NCBI GenBank assembly: GCA_016186325.1
Contig: JACPLW010000010.1
Location: forward strand, 22,856 to 86,855
Length of the DNA stretch: 64,000 bases
Direction of reading: 5' to 3'
Origin: Parcubacteria group bacterium
GTDB taxonomy: Bacteria; Patescibacteriota; Minisyncoccia; UBA10092
The notes below the pieces were generated by a model. That model made no database searches and was not told the origin of the DNA. It worked only from the letters and a program-made list of their open reading frames with translations. Below are positions 26,628 through 37,852 of the stretch, one piece after another. A program made the position numbers and the translations under genes. The number at the start of each line of letters is the position of its first letter. Position 1 is the stretch's first letter.

Positions 26628-28756
26628 AAAAAAAAATATTTCCAATAGAAAAAGTCCGCAATATCGGTATTATTGCTCATATTGACGCCGGAAAAACCAC
26701 CGTTTCCGAGCGTATTTTGTTTTACACCGGCATTTCTCACAAAATCGGCGAGGTTCATGAAGGGGCGGCTGTTATGGATTGGATGGAACAGGAAAGAGAA
26801 CGGGGCATTACTATTACGGCAGCGGCCACAACGACTTTTTGGACCCCGACTCTTTTATTGAAAGAACCCACCTCCGCCGAAGCTGCGGCGGGCAAGGAAA
26901 ACGAACACCGCATTAACATTATTGATACTCCCGGGCACATTGATTTTACCGTTGAAGTTCAGCGTTCACTTAGGGTTTTGGATGGCGCCGTTGTAGTGTT
27001 TGACGGCGTTGCCGGCGTTGAACCGCAGTCAGAAACCGTTTGGCGCCAAGCCGATAAATACGGCGTGCCAAGAATTTGCCTTATAAATAAATTGGACCGG
27101 ACGGGCGCGTCTTTTGAAAAAAGTTTGGCATCAATTCACGAGCGTCTGACATTGAATGCCGTTCCGGTAAATTTGCCGAACGGACTTGAAGAAAAATTTG
27201 AGGGCGTCATTGATCTTATTGAAGAGAAGGCCGTTCGTTTTTTGGGCGAACATGGCGAAAAAGTTGAGTATTTTGATATTCCGGAGAGTCTTAAAAAACA
27301 AGCGGTTGAAGCCAGAAAAAGCTTGATAGAAAAAACCGTCGAAACCGACGACGAATTGATGGCAAAATATTTGGAAGGACAGGCGATTTCTAAAGACGAA
27401 ATTAGAAAAGCAATAAGAAAGGCGGTCATTGGGAATAAAATTATTCCGGTTTTTTGCGGCTCGGCCTTAAAAAATAAAGGCATTCAGCTTGTGCTTGACG
27501 GCGTTGTAGAGTATTTGCCCAGTCCAGCAGATCTTCCCCCCACTAAAGGCATTGAACCAAAAACCGGCGCTGAAATTTTACGCGAACCGAAAAATGATGA
27601 ACCGTTTACGGCGCTGGCTTTTAAAATTGCAAGCGATCCTTACGTCGGCTCGCTTACTTATTTTCGCGTTTACTCGGGGAAGCTTTCAAAAGGTTCTTAT
27701 GTTTTAAACTCATCCAAGGATTACAAAGAGCGAGTCAGCCGGATTTTGCTGATGCATGCTAACGATCGGGAGGAAGTTGAGGAAATAAAAGCCGGTGAAA
27801 TCGGCGCCATTGTCGGATTAAAAAACACCACCACAGGCGATACGCTTTGCGACGAAGAACATCCGATTATTTTGGAAAAAATTGTTTTCCCGGAACCGGT
27901 CATTTCCCAAAAGATAGAACCAAAAACTAAAGCCGACCAGGAAAGAATGGGTCTGGCTATGAAACGTTTGTCTGAAGAAGATCCGACTTTCAGGATTAAG
28001 TCAGATTCCGAAACCGGTGAAACCATAATTTCGGGCATGGGTGAACTTCATCTGGAAATTATTGTTGATCGGATGAAAAGAGAATTTAAAGTTGAGGCCA
28101 ACATTGGTCGGCCGCAAGTTGCTTACAAAGAGACAGTCAGAAAAGCGGCCGAAGCTGAAGGTAAATATATTCGGCAATCGGGCGGCCGCGGCCAATACGG
28201 CCATGTTTGGTTGAGAGTTGAGCCTGCCGACCGGGGGAGCGGTTTTGAATTTATTGATGAAATCAAAGGCGGCGTTATTCCGCAGGAATTCATTCCGGCG
28301 GTTGAAAAAGGCATACGCGAAGCCATGGAAAAGGGCGTTAAAGGCGGATTTCCGATGGTTGACATGAAGGCGGCTCTTTATGACGGTTCTTATCACGATG
28401 TTGACTCTTCTGAAGCAGCTTTTAAAATTGCCGCCTCAATTGCTTTTCAGGAAGCCGCAAGACGCGCTACTGTAGTATTTCTTGAGCCGATTATGAAAGT
28501 TGAAGTGGTAACTCCGGAACAGTTTTTTGGCGATGTCACCGGCGACCTAAATTCCAAGCGTGGTAAAATTGAACAAATGTCGGAAAGAGCAATGCTAAAA
28601 GTAATTGATGCCAAGGTGCCGCTTTCTGAAATGTTCGGCTACGCCACCAAGCTTCGCTCAATGAGCCAAGGTCGCGCGAGTTATACTATGGAGTTTGATC
28701 ACTATGAAGAAGTTCCAAATAATGTCGCGGAATTGATTGTTGCGGGTAAAAAGTAG
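26621..28756 (+). CDS. fusA: Elongation factor G
   Basis: [31 protein letters not shown]. Confidence 0.98.
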   Translation: MVEKKIFPIEKVRNIGIIAHIDAGKTTVSERILFYTGISHKIGEVHEGAAVMDWMEQERERGITITAAATTTFWTPTLLLKEPTSAEAAAGKENEHRINIIDTPGHIDFTVEVQRSLRVLDGAVVVFDGVAGVEPQSETVWRQADKYGVPRICLINKLDRTGASFEKSLASIHERLTLNAVPVNLPNGLEEKFEGVIDLIEEKAVRFLGEHGEKVEYFDIPESLKKQAVEARKSLIEKTVETDDELMAKYLEGQAISKDEIRKAIRKAVIGNKIIPVFCGSALKNKGIQLVLDGVVEYLPSPADLPPTKGIEPKTGAEILREPKNDEPFTALAFKIASDPYVGSLTYFRVYSGKLSKGSYVLNSSKDYKERVSRILLMHANDREEVEEIKAGEIGAIVGLKNTTTGDTLCDEEHPIILEKIVFPEPVISQKIEPKTKADQERMGLAMKRLSEEDPTFRIKSDSETGETIISGMGELHLEIIVDRMKREFKVEANIGRPQVAYKETVRKAAEAEGKYIRQSGGRGQYGHVWLRVEPADRGSGFEFIDEIKGGVIPQEFIPAVEKGIREAMEKGVKGGFPMVDMKAALYDGSYHDVDSSEAAFKIAASIAFQEAARRATVVFLEPIMKVEVVTPEQFFGDVTGDLNSKRGKIEQMSERAMLKVIDAKVPLSEMFGYATKLRSMSQGRASYTMEFDHYEEVPNNVAELIVAGKK

Positions 28757-28768
28757 TTAATAACAAAC

Positions 28769-29005
28769 ATGTACGAAACAATAAAAAAATTTTTAGAAGA
28801 AGGAGGGAAATGTCTTTTGATTGAAGACGGAAAGCCGATTGGCGTTGTTTTGACGATGGAAGAATACGAAAAACTTCAACCTTCGCCGAAAAAAGATGAG
28901 GTTGCGGCCTCGACCGAAACGGCGGTGAATATGGATGAACTTGATTTTGCGTCGCCCGATGATATTACGCTTGAAGATTTAGGGTTAGATGAAATATCGG
29001 AATAA
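28769..29005 (+). CDS. Hypothetical protein with acidic C-terminus (Phd/YefM-like N-terminus)
   Basis: LLIEDGKP.GVVLT.EEY; follows fusA. Confidence 0.6.
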   Translation: MYETIKKFLEEGGKCLLIEDGKPIGVVLTMEEYEKLQPSPKKDEVAASTETAVNMDELDFASPDDITLEDLGLDEISE

Positions 29006-29066
29006 AGATTAAGTCGGGCTATTTTTTACTTTTGCAAAAATTTTTTGCTTTTGGTATATTTACAAC

Positions 29067-29270
29067 GTGTCCACTAAAACATTAGAAAGAGTAAAAGCGG
29101 AAATCAAAAGAGAGCTCATGCAAGAGTTTGTTTTACCAATTCTACGAGAGGTTAAAGATGCCGAAGGGGAATACAAAGAAGCCTTTATAAGGCAAGTGTT
29201 GAAGATGGCGAAAGAAAAGCCCAGTTATGTCTACGACCCTAAGACTTTTTTAGGCCAAATTAAGAAATAA
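29067..29270 (+). CDS. Putative antitoxin
   Basis: Small ORF directly upstream of a RelE-like toxin, preceded by a TG-TATATT -10 box. Confidence 0.55.
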   Translation: MSTKTLERVKAEIKRELMQEFVLPILREVKDAEGEYKEAFIRQVLKMAKEKPSYVYDPKTFLGQIKK

Positions 29271-29278
29271 TAATTTAG

Positions 29279-29543
29279 ATGCATCGGCTTATTTTCGGCA
29301 AGGCATTTCTTGATTCTTCCAAAAAGTTAGATGAAATCATTAAGCCCAAGCTAAAATCTAGTTTGGATTTTTTTATCACTAAACCCATTTCACTCATCTT
29401 TACACACTAAGCCGCTTACCGGAAAACTTTCCGGTTTTTATTCTTTCAGATTAAGCAGAGATTATAGGGTTATTTTTAAAATTATTTCTTCTGAAGAAAT
29501 TTACTTAATAAGAGTTGGCCATCGTAGGGATATTTATAGATAG
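29279..29543 (+). pseudogene. RelE/ParE-family toxin, frameshifted
   Basis: MHRLIFGKAFLDSSKKL... then, after the T7 run at 29368-29374, another frame reads NPFHSSLHTKPLTGKLSGFYSFRLSRDYRVIF...VGHRRDIYR*. Confidence 0.8.
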
Positions 29544-29681
29544 AATTTTATTTTTGTAAAATATAGTTTATAACTATGTGTGAACATTACCGCGGTCTAT
29601 TGACTAATTTTGGTTTTTAGTGCTATAATTTAGCAGGCTTAAAAACCATAAAATCACAAAGATCAAAGGAGGAGCGAAAAT

Positions 29682-30242
29682 ATGGGAAGAATCCCTGTAG
29701 AGCTCAAAGATCAACGTGATAAACTTATAACTAAAGTTTTAGCAGAAAGAAATGGTCATAATCTTTCGGAAATAGCCAGAAAGCTTTCTGGCCACCCTCT
29801 TTTTTCTGGATCAAAAAACTATAAGGTTATTTACCAATATATTCTGCGTTTAGCATATCAGAACGAGGCTACTGGCGAGGGCCAAAGGTCGTCGCTAAAG
29901 TCAACTCCCAACACGCCTAGCCAATCGCGTTTTGAACAAGTGGTCAACCGTGTTTCTTTACATCTTCCGGTTGGAACTGCAGATCAAATTGCACGACTTC
30001 TTAGAGTGCTTCGCGCTGAATTTTCCTTGTTGGAGCAAGAAGCACTTAAAGCAAAACAACTTGAATTGGAAGTGTGTAATCTTAAGAGTCATCGCTGTAT
30101 GGATGTTGACACGACGCTCCGTGAAGAAAATGAGCGTCTCAAAGAAAGAATTGCATTTCTTGAACGTCGGGTAGAGGCGCTCTCGCGTCTGACAACCCCG
30201 AAGATCGATAATGATAAACACCTAGCAATTGCGGGTAGGTAA
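29682..30242 (+). CDS. Hypothetical protein with HTH-like N-terminus and coiled coil
   Basis: NLSEIARKL; heptad-rich C-terminus; strong SD AAGGAGG; downstream terminator. Confidence 0.65.
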   Translation: MGRIPVELKDQRDKLITKVLAERNGHNLSEIARKLSGHPLFSGSKNYKVIYQYILRLAYQNEATGEGQRSSLKSTPNTPSQSRFEQVVNRVSLHLPVGTADQIARLLRVLRAEFSLLEQEALKAKQLELEVCNLKSHRCMDVDTTLREENERLKERIAFLERRVEALSRLTTPKIDNDKHLAIAGR

Positions 30243-30527
30243 TAATAGATCCGCAAATTAATCCAGGAGAGCCGCATAATTGCGGCTCTTTAATATACTT
30301 ATAACAATAGAGTTATCTTGATAACACGGAAAAATACAGAGCTTTTTATAAAATAAACAGTTGACAGATTTGGCTGTATTGACTAAAATGGGATTTGCGT
30401 GTTAAAAATATAAAGCTAATGTATGGCGACCCCAGTTCTAATTTTACTGGAATAGCTTAAAAAATTTTATTATTAGTAATCTAAATTTATCCTCCTTCGC
30501 ATAAAGCTACGGAGGACAAGTAAAAAT

Positions 30528-31721
30528 ATGGCAGAAAAATTTGAACGAACAAAGCCCCATCTTAATGTCGGAACCATCGGCCACGTTGACCATGGCAAAA
30601 CCACTTTAACGGCGGCTATTACCAAGATTCTTCATATGAAGGGCTTGGCGAAAAAAGCGGAGTCGGTTGACGATATTGATAAAGCGCCCGAGGAAAAAGC
30701 GCGCGGCATTACGATTCAGTTGCATCACTCCGAGTATGAATCAGAAAAGCGCCACTATGCGCACATCGACGCTCCAGGCCATGCCGATTACATCAAAAAC
30801 ATGATTACCGGCGCGGCGCAGATGGATGGCGCCATTCTCGTTGTTGCCGCGACCGACGGTCCGATGCCCCAAACAAGAGAACATATTCTTTTGGCGCGCC
30901 AGGTTGGCGTTCCGTCTTTGGTGGTTTTCTTGAACAAGGTTGATATGGTTTCCGATCCGGAACTGGTAGATTTGGTTGAAGCTGAAATTCGCGAACTTTT
31001 AACTAAATACGGATTTCCCGGCGATAAAGTGCCGGTAATCCGCGGTTCGGCTCTTAAGGCGCTTGAAGCTAAATCTCCTGATGACGAAGCGGCTAAACCA
31101 ATTCTTGAGTTAGTTCAAGCGCTTGATGATTTTATTCCCGAGCCGGTTCGCGAAATCGAAAAACCGTTTCTTATGCCGATTGAAGACATCTTTTCAATTG
31201 AAGGCCGCGGTACGGTTGTGACCGGCCGGATTGAAAGGGGCATGGTTAAACTTAACGATGAAGTTGATATAATCGGCTTAAGACCGAATCAAAAAACAAT
31301 CATTACCGGTATTGAAATGTTTAATAAGTCGCTTGACGAAGGCCGCGCGGGCGATAATGCCGGCATTCTTATCCGTGGTCTTAAGAAAGAAGACGTTGAA
31401 CGCGGCCAGGTTTTAGCCAAACCAGGTTCGGTAACACCGCACACAGAGTTTGACGCGGAAGTTTATATTCTTACTAAAGAAGAGGGCGGCCGGCATACTC
31501 CATTTTTTACGAACTACAAGCCGCAGTTTTATATCAGAACTACCGATGTTACCGGCGAAGTTGTTTTGGCTCCCGGAGTAGAGATGGTTATGCCCGGCGA
31601 TACCGTAAAATTCTCCGTTAAATTAATTGCTCCCGTGGCTCTGGAAGAACAGCAACGATTCGCTATTAGAGAGGGCGGTAAAACAGTCGGCGCCGGTGTT
31701 GTGACGAAAGTCAATAAATAA
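30528..31721 (+). CDS. tuf: Elongation factor Tu
   Basis: [29 protein letters not shown]. Confidence 0.98.
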   Translation: MAEKFERTKPHLNVGTIGHVDHGKTTLTAAITKILHMKGLAKKAESVDDIDKAPEEKARGITIQLHHSEYESEKRHYAHIDAPGHADYIKNMITGAAQMDGAILVVAATDGPMPQTREHILLARQVGVPSLVVFLNKVDMVSDPELVDLVEAEIRELLTKYGFPGDKVPVIRGSALKALEAKSPDDEAAKPILELVQALDDFIPEPVREIEKPFLMPIEDIFSIEGRGTVVTGRIERGMVKLNDEVDIIGLRPNQKTIITGIEMFNKSLDEGRAGDNAGILIRGLKKEDVERGQVLAKPGSVTPHTEFDAEVYILTKEEGGRHTPFFTNYKPQFYIRTTDVTGEVVLAPGVEMVMPGDTVKFSVKLIAPVALEEQQRFAIREGGKTVGAGVVTKVNK

Positions 31722-31767
31722 TTATTTCCGGTTAGTTCTCTGTTCTTAGTTCTTAAAAACAAATTAA

Positions 31768-32094
31768 ATGGCTAAAGAAAAAGAAGAAATAAAACAAAGA
31801 ATAAGAATCAGAATCAAGGCCTACGATAACAAAATTATTGATTCTTCGGCAAAACAAATTGTAGAAACGGCTCAGCGCCAAGGCGCTCGGGTTTTGGGGC
31901 CGATTCCCTTGCCAACAGAAACAAAAAAATATACCGTAAATTCTTCCACTTTTGTCCATAAGAACAGCCGCGATCAATACGAGATGAGGGTTCATAAAAG
32001 ACTGATAGATATTTTCAGTCCTACCGCAAAAACTATTGACGCTTTGACCAGCCTTAATCTTCCGGCCGGAGTTGATATAGAAATAAAAATGTAA
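31768..32094 (+). CDS. rpsJ: 30S ribosomal protein S10
   Basis: [23 protein letters not shown]. Confidence 0.97.
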   Translation: MAKEKEEIKQRIRIRIKAYDNKIIDSSAKQIVETAQRQGARVLGPIPLPTETKKYTVNSSTFVHKNSRDQYEMRVHKRLIDIFSPTAKTIDALTSLNLPAGVDIEIKM

Positions 32095-32104
32095 GGGCTT
32101 TCTC

Positions 32105-32141
32105 AAAAAACTCCGAGCCCGATGAGGGTTCGGAGTTTTTT
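32105..32141 (+). terminator. Bidirectional hairpin after rpsJ
   Basis: AAAAAACTCCGAGCCC-GATGA-GGGTTCGGAGTTTTTT. Confidence 0.65.
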
Positions 32142-32183
32142 GTCAGAAAACCTTATCCCGCCATGGCGGGATTAAAAAATTTT

Positions 32184-32780
32184 ATGAAGTTTATATTAGG
32201 AAAAAAAATCGGGATGACTCAAGTTTATAAGGGAAACAACATTGTCCCCGTAACTTTAATAGAAAGCGGGTCTAATTTTGTTACTCAAGTCAGGACAAGA
32301 GATAAAGATGGTTATTCAGCTGTTCAATTGGGTTTTGGTGGAGCAAAAAAAACCAATAAACCAAGATTAGGCCATCTTAAAAATCTTCCCCAGTTAAAAC
32401 ATTTGAAAGAATTTAGAGTTGATTCCACCGAACTTAAAACAGGTGATGAAATAGATGTCTCTAATTTAAATGCCGGAGAGAAAGTAACGGTAGTAGCAAT
32501 TTCAAAAGGCAAGGGATTTCAGGGTGTTGTTAAAAGGCATGGATTTCATGGCGGGCCAAAAAGCCACGGTCAAAAAGACCGCCATCGCGCTCCCGGCTCT
32601 ATTGGCGCATCGTGGCCCCAGCATGTCATAAAGGGAATGAGAATGGCGGGCCGGACGGGCGGCGATAAAATAACCGTTAAAAATGTGGAAATTGTTGAAA
32701 TTGATAAAGAAAATAATATTATTGCTCTTAAGGGGGCGGTGCCGGGAAGGCGGGGGACTTTAGTTATGATAAAAAGTTAA
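32184..32780 (+). CDS. rplC: 50S ribosomal protein L3
   Basis: GKKIGMTQ, SKGKGFQGVVKRHGF, KGAVPG. Confidence 0.97.
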   Translation: MKFILGKKIGMTQVYKGNNIVPVTLIESGSNFVTQVRTRDKDGYSAVQLGFGGAKKTNKPRLGHLKNLPQLKHLKEFRVDSTELKTGDEIDVSNLNAGEKVTVVAISKGKGFQGVVKRHGFHGGPKSHGQKDRHRAPGSIGASWPQHVIKGMRMAGRTGGDKITVKNVEIVEIDKENNIIALKGAVPGRRGTLVMIKS

Positions 32781-32897
32781 CCCGCTCTGAAAATAAATAT
32801 TAGTTCTCTAAACAAAAATTAAAAATGAACAGCCCCCGCGTTGCGCGGGGGCCGACTCCGCACGATTGCGGGGTCTTAAGAAAGAACGGTTGGTTGT

Positions 32898-33569
32898 CTA
32901 GTAGCTGGGAGGTGTGGCGATCCACCGATCGAAACAGACGGTGCCGGTGGATCGCTGTTCGCACACCTGGGCTACGTAGCCCATACTTGGTGTCGAGCGG
33001 TGGTAGCCGCCGTAACTGTAGCCGCCACCGTTTCCGCTCAACGAGATGTTGAAGTTGAGCTGGGAGAGACTGATGGCTCGCTTGGGAGCCGGCGCCGGCG
33101 CGAAGGGTGCCTGGATCTCTTCCGGCCTGGGGGCCGGCGGAGAAAACATCGGCGGCAGGGTTGCCGCCGGCGCCGCAGGCCGCGGCGCGCAGAAGTAGTC
33201 GTCGGCCTTTGAGCACATCGTTGCCGGCGGCTGAACCGGCGTCGGGACGACCGCGGAAGGAGCCGGCGCACAGCAGCAGCACGTCGCTGCCGTGGTAGGC
33301 GCAGGTGCCGTGGGGACGACTGCCGGCGCCGGCGCAGCTGGCGCAGGCGCTGTCGGCGACACCTTCTTCGGAGCGGCGGCGGGCACCTTCTTCGCGGCCG
33401 GCTTGGCCGCGGGCTGAACCGCCTTCGAAGGCGGCGGCAGAACCACTCGCACGGCCTCGTGCCGCACGATGGCCGGGCCGTAGCCCGACAAGTTGAGCGC
33501 GATTAGAAGGCCGAGCGCGCCGAGCGCCATGAACAGAAAGTTCAGAACCCATCGCTTTGTCATCGTCAT
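32898..33569 (-). CDS. GC-rich Pro/Ala-rich membrane-anchored hypothetical protein
   Basis: SD AAGGAGG, N-terminal TM helix, PA repeats, Cys cluster, GC-ending codons; hairpin at 32832-32852. Confidence 0.7.
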   Translation of the reverse strand: MTMTKRWVLNFLFMALGALGLLIALNLSGYGPAIVRHEAVRVVLPPPSKAVQPAAKPAAKKVPAAAPKKVSPTAPAPAAPAPAVVPTAPAPTTAATCCCCAPAPSAVVPTPVQPPATMCSKADDYFCAPRPAAPAATLPPMFSPPAPRPEEIQAPFAPAPAPKRAISLSQLNFNISLSGNGGGYSYGGYHRSTPSMGYVAQVCEQRSTGTVCFDRWIATPPSY

Positions 33570-33712
33570 CCCTCCTTAGGGATTTCGGATGTTACGGTTT
33601 AGAACGTTTTTTATTGACCACTTCGACTCAGCTCAGGGTCAATCCTGAGCTTGTTGAACGGATTGACAAACAACTTACTTTTGTACTAACATTGTATCAT
33701 ATTTTTTAAGTT

Positions 33713-34348
33713 ATGTCAAGGGTTAAAGTCTATAATCAAGAAGGAAAAGAAATAGCCGAAATAAAGCTTAATGAAGCCATTTTTGGGTTGCATTGGAACG
33801 CCGACTTGGTTCACCAAGCGGTAAGAGTTGCAATGGCTAATAAAAGGCAGGTTGTGGCCTCAACTAAGGATAGGAGCGAAGTTAGGGGCGGCGGACGCAA
33901 GCCATGGAGGCAAAAAGGCACCGGTCGGGCTCGTCACGGTTCAACTCGTTCCCCTTTATGGAAGGGCGGTGGCATTACTTTCGGACCGACAATCGAAAGA
34001 AACTTCAAATTAAAAATTAACAAGAAAATGGCGCGTAAAGCGTTTTTAACAGCCCTTTCGGCCAAAGCAAGAGACAATGAGATTTTGATTTTTGATGATT
34101 TGAAAATTCTATCGTTAAAGACGAAAGAAATGGCAAAGATTATGGCTAATTTCCCGCAAATAAAAAAAGGACTTTTGGTCTTATTTGAGAAAAACGATAT
34201 GCTTAAAAATGCCAGCCGCAATTTATTAAAACTTGAAGTCGTTAATATAGATAATCTTAATATTTTTAATGTTTTAAAGCATCGGCATCTTATTTTTACA
34301 AAGCCCGCCATTGAGTATTTAAATAAAAAATATGACGCTCCTAAATAA
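33713..34348 (+). CDS. rplD: 50S ribosomal protein L4
   Basis: RGGGRKPWRQKGTGRARHGS. Confidence 0.97.
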   Translation: MSRVKVYNQEGKEIAEIKLNEAIFGLHWNADLVHQAVRVAMANKRQVVASTKDRSEVRGGGRKPWRQKGTGRARHGSTRSPLWKGGGITFGPTIERNFKLKINKKMARKAFLTALSAKARDNEILIFDDLKILSLKTKEMAKIMANFPQIKKGLLVLFEKNDMLKNASRNLLKLEVVNIDNLNIFNVLKHRHLIFTKPAIEYLNKKYDAPK

Positions 34349-34730
34349 ATTATTCAAAACTAAAGACAAGGTAAAACCCTCCGTCGCCTCGGCGCCTGTT
34401 TCAGCCGTTCAACTTCCTGCTAAGGTTGACCCCGCCCTTAAGCTTAAGGGCGGGGTTGATGTAAAATCTAAGATTCTATTGCCCCATACTACGGAGAAAG
34501 CTCTAAACGGACAGAAATTTAACCAATACGTTTTTAAAGTTTCAACTGCCGCCAATAAAATTATGATTGCTAATGAAGTTAAAAGAACCTATAACGCCAA
34601 TGTTGCCGGAGTGAATATTATTAATGTCTTAAGAAAAGCCAGGCGAGTAGGAAAAACAGTCGGCTTTAAAAAGGGTTACAAAAAAGCTATTGTCACTTTA
34701 GCGAAAGGACAGACAATAGAACTAAAATAA
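34332..34730 (+). CDS. rplW: 50S ribosomal protein L23 with N-terminal extension
   Basis: TEKA, NQYVFKV, KKAIVTL. Confidence 0.93.
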   Translation: MTLLNKLFKTKDKVKPSVASAPVSAVQLPAKVDPALKLKGGVDVKSKILLPHTTEKALNGQKFNQYVFKVSTAANKIMIANEVKRTYNANVAGVNIINVLRKARRVGKTVGFKKGYKKAIVTLAKGQTIELK

Positions 34731-34731
34731 A

Positions 34732-35562
34732 ATGGGAATAAAAATTTACAAACCAACATCAGAAGGAAAGCGCGGCATGACCGGCGTTGATTTTTCCGTT
34801 TTAACGGAAACTGAACCGGAAAAAAGTTTAACTTTGGGGAAATCAAAAACTTCGGCTCGCAACAATCGCGGACGAATTACCGTGCGGCATCAGGGCGGCG
34901 GGCACAAAAAACTTTACCGTATGCTGGATTTTAAACAGGATAAGTATAATATTCCGGCTCGGGTTGCTTCAATTGAATACGACCCTTATCGTACGGCCTT
35001 TATCTCTCTTGTCATTTACAAAGACGGTGAAAAAAGGTATATTTTAGCGCCGCGGGATATTAATGTTAACGATACGATTATTACCTCGGAAAACGCTCCT
35101 CTTAAAATTGGCAATCGCTTAATGCTTAAAAATATTCCGGTCGGCATTTTTGTTCATAATGCAGAGCTTTTTCCCGGCAAAGGAGGCCAAATCGGCCGAT
35201 CAGCCGGAAATGCAATTCAGGTAATGGCGCAGGAGGGCGATTATACTCACTTGCTTTTGCCTTCTACGGAAATAAGAAGAGTTCCTAACACCGGGTATGC
35301 CTCAATCGGCGCGCTTTCAAACAGCGAGTGGAACACAATCACAATTGGCAAGGCCGGCCGTTCCCGCTGGCTTGGCGTTAGGCCGACGGTAAGAGCTTCG
35401 GCGATGAATCCTCGCGACCATAAATACGGCGGAGGCGAAGGGCGTGCTTTAAGGGGCACGAAACGGCCAAAAACGAAATGGGGCAAGATTACCGGCGGAA
35501 GGAAAACCAGAAAGAAAAACAGGCAGTCAAATAAATTTATTGTAAGTAAAAGGAAAAGATAA
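34732..35562 (+). CDS. rplB: 50S ribosomal protein L2
   Basis: [31 protein letters not shown]. Confidence 0.98.
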   Translation: MGIKIYKPTSEGKRGMTGVDFSVLTETEPEKSLTLGKSKTSARNNRGRITVRHQGGGHKKLYRMLDFKQDKYNIPARVASIEYDPYRTAFISLVIYKDGEKRYILAPRDINVNDTIITSENAPLKIGNRLMLKNIPVGIFVHNAELFPGKGGQIGRSAGNAIQVMAQEGDYTHLLLPSTEIRRVPNTGYASIGALSNSEWNTITIGKAGRSRWLGVRPTVRASAMNPRDHKYGGGEGRALRGTKRPKTKWGKITGGRKTRKKNRQSNKFIVSKRKR

Positions 35563-35564
35563 AT

Positions 35565-35921
35565 ATGAGCAGATCAATTAAAAAAGGTCCCTGGATAGAT
35601 CCTAAATTGCTCAAGAAAATGAGCAAAGTAAGATCCGGTGATAAGACGGTTATTAAAACATGGTCGCGAGATTCCGTAATTTCGCCAGAAATGCTCGGTT
35701 TTACTTTCGGCGTTCATAACGGCAAAGTCCACGTGCCGGTGACTATTATAGAGGAAATGGTTGGCCATCGCTTGGGCGAGTTTTCCTTAACCAGAAAATT
35801 TGTCAGACACGGCGGAAGGGTACAGCGGGAGCTTGAACAAAAAGAAGCGGCCGGCGCCGCCACGGGCGAGCCTCGCCCTGGAGAGCGGGAAGCGGTAAAA
35901 GCGTCCGCAACAGTTAAGTAA
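35565..35921 (+). CDS. rpsS: 30S ribosomal protein S19
   Basis: [22 protein letters not shown]. Confidence 0.97.
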   Translation: MSRSIKKGPWIDPKLLKKMSKVRSGDKTVIKTWSRDSVISPEMLGFTFGVHNGKVHVPVTIIEEMVGHRLGEFSLTRKFVRHGGRVQRELEQKEAAGAATGEPRPGEREAVKASATVK

Positions 35922-35929
35922 CAAAATTC

Positions 35930-36484
35930 ATGCAGTATAAATTTCATCTAAATAAACTAAGAATGGCGCCAAGAAAAACTAGATTGATTGCGAATCTTAT
36001 TAAAAGAATGCCGGTAACGCAGGCGGAAGCGCAATTGCAGTTTCAAAAAAGAAGGGCGGCCCTGCCAATTTTAAAATTGCTTAAATCGGGCGTGGCTTCA
36101 GCCGTCCATAATTTTAATTTATCGCCGGAAAATTTGTATGTTTTAAACATTTTTGTTGATGAGGGGCCGATGCTTAAGAGATTTGGGCCAAGAGCATTCG
36201 GCAGAGCTGGCGCCATTCATAAGAAAACTAGTCGAATTACTCTGATTTTGGAAGAAAGAATTATGGCGGGCGCCAAAAAGAGAGCAAAGATTATTAAGGA
36301 AATCAAATCGGAAAAGGAGGCGGTAAAAGAAGTGTCGAAATCTCGACGCTTTGGAAAAGTTGGGGCTCCGACCCGCTCCGCCGAAGCTCCAGCGAGGCGA
36401 GCCGAAGCATCGGAGGAAATTAAGCCGACTCGGAAAACCGAAAGTTTTACTAGGAGAATATTTAGAAGAAAGGTAATCGGATAA
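35930..36484 (+). CDS. rplV: 50S ribosomal protein L22 with C-terminal extension
   Basis: PRKTRLIA, VDEGP.LKR..PRA.GRA. Confidence 0.96.
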   Translation: MQYKFHLNKLRMAPRKTRLIANLIKRMPVTQAEAQLQFQKRRAALPILKLLKSGVASAVHNFNLSPENLYVLNIFVDEGPMLKRFGPRAFGRAGAIHKKTSRITLILEERIMAGAKKRAKIIKEIKSEKEAVKEVSKSRRFGKVGAPTRSAEAPARRAEASEEIKPTRKTESFTRRIFRRKVIG

Positions 36485-36485
36485 T

Positions 36486-37187
36486 ATGGGAAACAAAATT
36501 CATCCATTAAATTTTAGGCTCGGAATAATCCAAAACTGGCAGTCAAGATGGTTAAATAAAAAATATCTTCGTTACTTTCTTGAAGAAGATCTTAGAATTC
36601 GCGAATCTTTATCAAAACAGTATAACCGATTGGGCCTGGGGATTGTAGAAATAGAAAGATCCGGCGACAACATCTCGGTAATTTTAAATACGGCTAAACC
36701 CGGTATTATTATCGGAAGAGGCGGAACCGGCCTGACAGATTTGAAGAAGAAGCTGGAAGCAATAGTAAAAAAACTACGCGATAAAAAACACTACGGCACG
36801 GGAAAATGGGATCTAAAGCTTTTGGTCAATGAAATAAAAAAACCGGAAAGCGAAGCAAAAGTTGTCGCGCAGAATATAGCCAATGATCTTGAAAGGCGGA
36901 TGCCTTTCCGCCGGGTGATTAAAAGCGCCTTAGAAAAGATGATGGCGCAAAAAGACGTTATGGGAGCAAAAATTCTTTTAAATGGCCGGCTTGATGGAAA
37001 TGAAATGGCGCGCCGTGAATGGCTGGCTAAAGGGAAGGTTCCTCTTCAAACATTAAGGGCAAACATTGACTATGCTTTTGACGAGGCTCTTACCGTTTAC
37101 GGGAAAATCGGCGTTAAAGTCTGGGTTTACAAAGGCGAAGTGTTTTCCACCGAAAGCGGATCCGCCCGTGGCGGAGAAAGACACTAA
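36486..37187 (+). CDS. rpsC: 30S ribosomal protein S3
   Basis: MGNKIHP..FRLG, PLQTLRANIDY, GVKVWVY. Confidence 0.97.
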   Translation: MGNKIHPLNFRLGIIQNWQSRWLNKKYLRYFLEEDLRIRESLSKQYNRLGLGIVEIERSGDNISVILNTAKPGIIIGRGGTGLTDLKKKLEAIVKKLRDKKHYGTGKWDLKLLVNEIKKPESEAKVVAQNIANDLERRMPFRRVIKSALEKMMAQKDVMGAKILLNGRLDGNEMARREWLAKGKVPLQTLRANIDYAFDEALTVYGKIGVKVWVYKGEVFSTESGSARGGERH

Positions 37188-37193
37188 ACGAAT

Positions 37194-37607
37194 ATGTTTA
37201 CACCAAAAAAAGTAAAACATAGAAAATGGCATAAGGGACGAAGAAGATTTTCCGGCGTTGAAACCCGGGGCACCTTGCTTGCCTTTGGCGGTTATGGCTT
37301 AAAAGCGCAGGGTCGCGCTTGGATAACTGCTCGCCAGATTGAAGCCGCGCGCCGGGCGATGACGCGCTATATTGAGAGGGGCGGCAAAATTTGGATTAGG
37401 ATTTTTCCCGACAAACCGATTACCAGAAAAGGCGCGGAAACGCCGATGGGCGGAGGCAAGGGCGGCGTTGAATATTATGTAGTGCCGATAAAACCGGGAC
37501 GAATTCTTTTTGAAATAGACGGCGTATCGAAAGACTTGGCGCGGGAAGCAATGAAACGGGCGGCTTATAAATTGCCGATTAAAACCAAATTTATCAGCAA
37601 GGAATAA
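37194..37607 (+). CDS. rplP: 50S ribosomal protein L16
   Basis: [21 protein letters not shown]. Confidence 0.97.
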   Translation: MFTPKKVKHRKWHKGRRRFSGVETRGTLLAFGGYGLKAQGRAWITARQIEAARRAMTRYIERGGKIWIRIFPDKPITRKGAETPMGGGKGGVEYYVVPIKPGRILFEIDGVSKDLAREAMKRAAYKLPIKTKFISKE

Positions 37608-37612
37608 AACAT

Positions 37613-37843
37613 ATGGCAAAAATATTTAAAGGAATAATTATTTCTGACAAAATGAACAAGACAGTAGTCGTTAAAGTTAGTGACTACAAGAAACATCCGC
37701 GATACGGTAAGTTCTACAAGTCCGATAAAAAATACAAAGCTCATGATGAGACAGGAGAGTTTCATGTCGGCGATAAGGTTGTCATTAAAGAAACTAGGCC
37801 GATTTCAAAAGATAAGCATTTTGTAGTTTTAAAAAAATTGTAA
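37613..37843 (+). CDS. rpsQ: 30S ribosomal protein S17
   Basis: SDKMNKTVVV, HPRYGK, ETRPISK. Confidence 0.96.
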   Translation: MAKIFKGIIISDKMNKTVVVKVSDYKKHPRYGKFYKSDKKYKAHDETGEFHVGDKVVIKETRPISKDKHFVVLKKL

Positions 37844-37852
37844 ACGAAGCAC

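Noticed and set aside
32800-33552. Several overlapping alternative ORFs in the GC-rich islet
   Set aside because: Expected from stop-codon scarcity; only 32898-33569 has an SD and a TM-led product.
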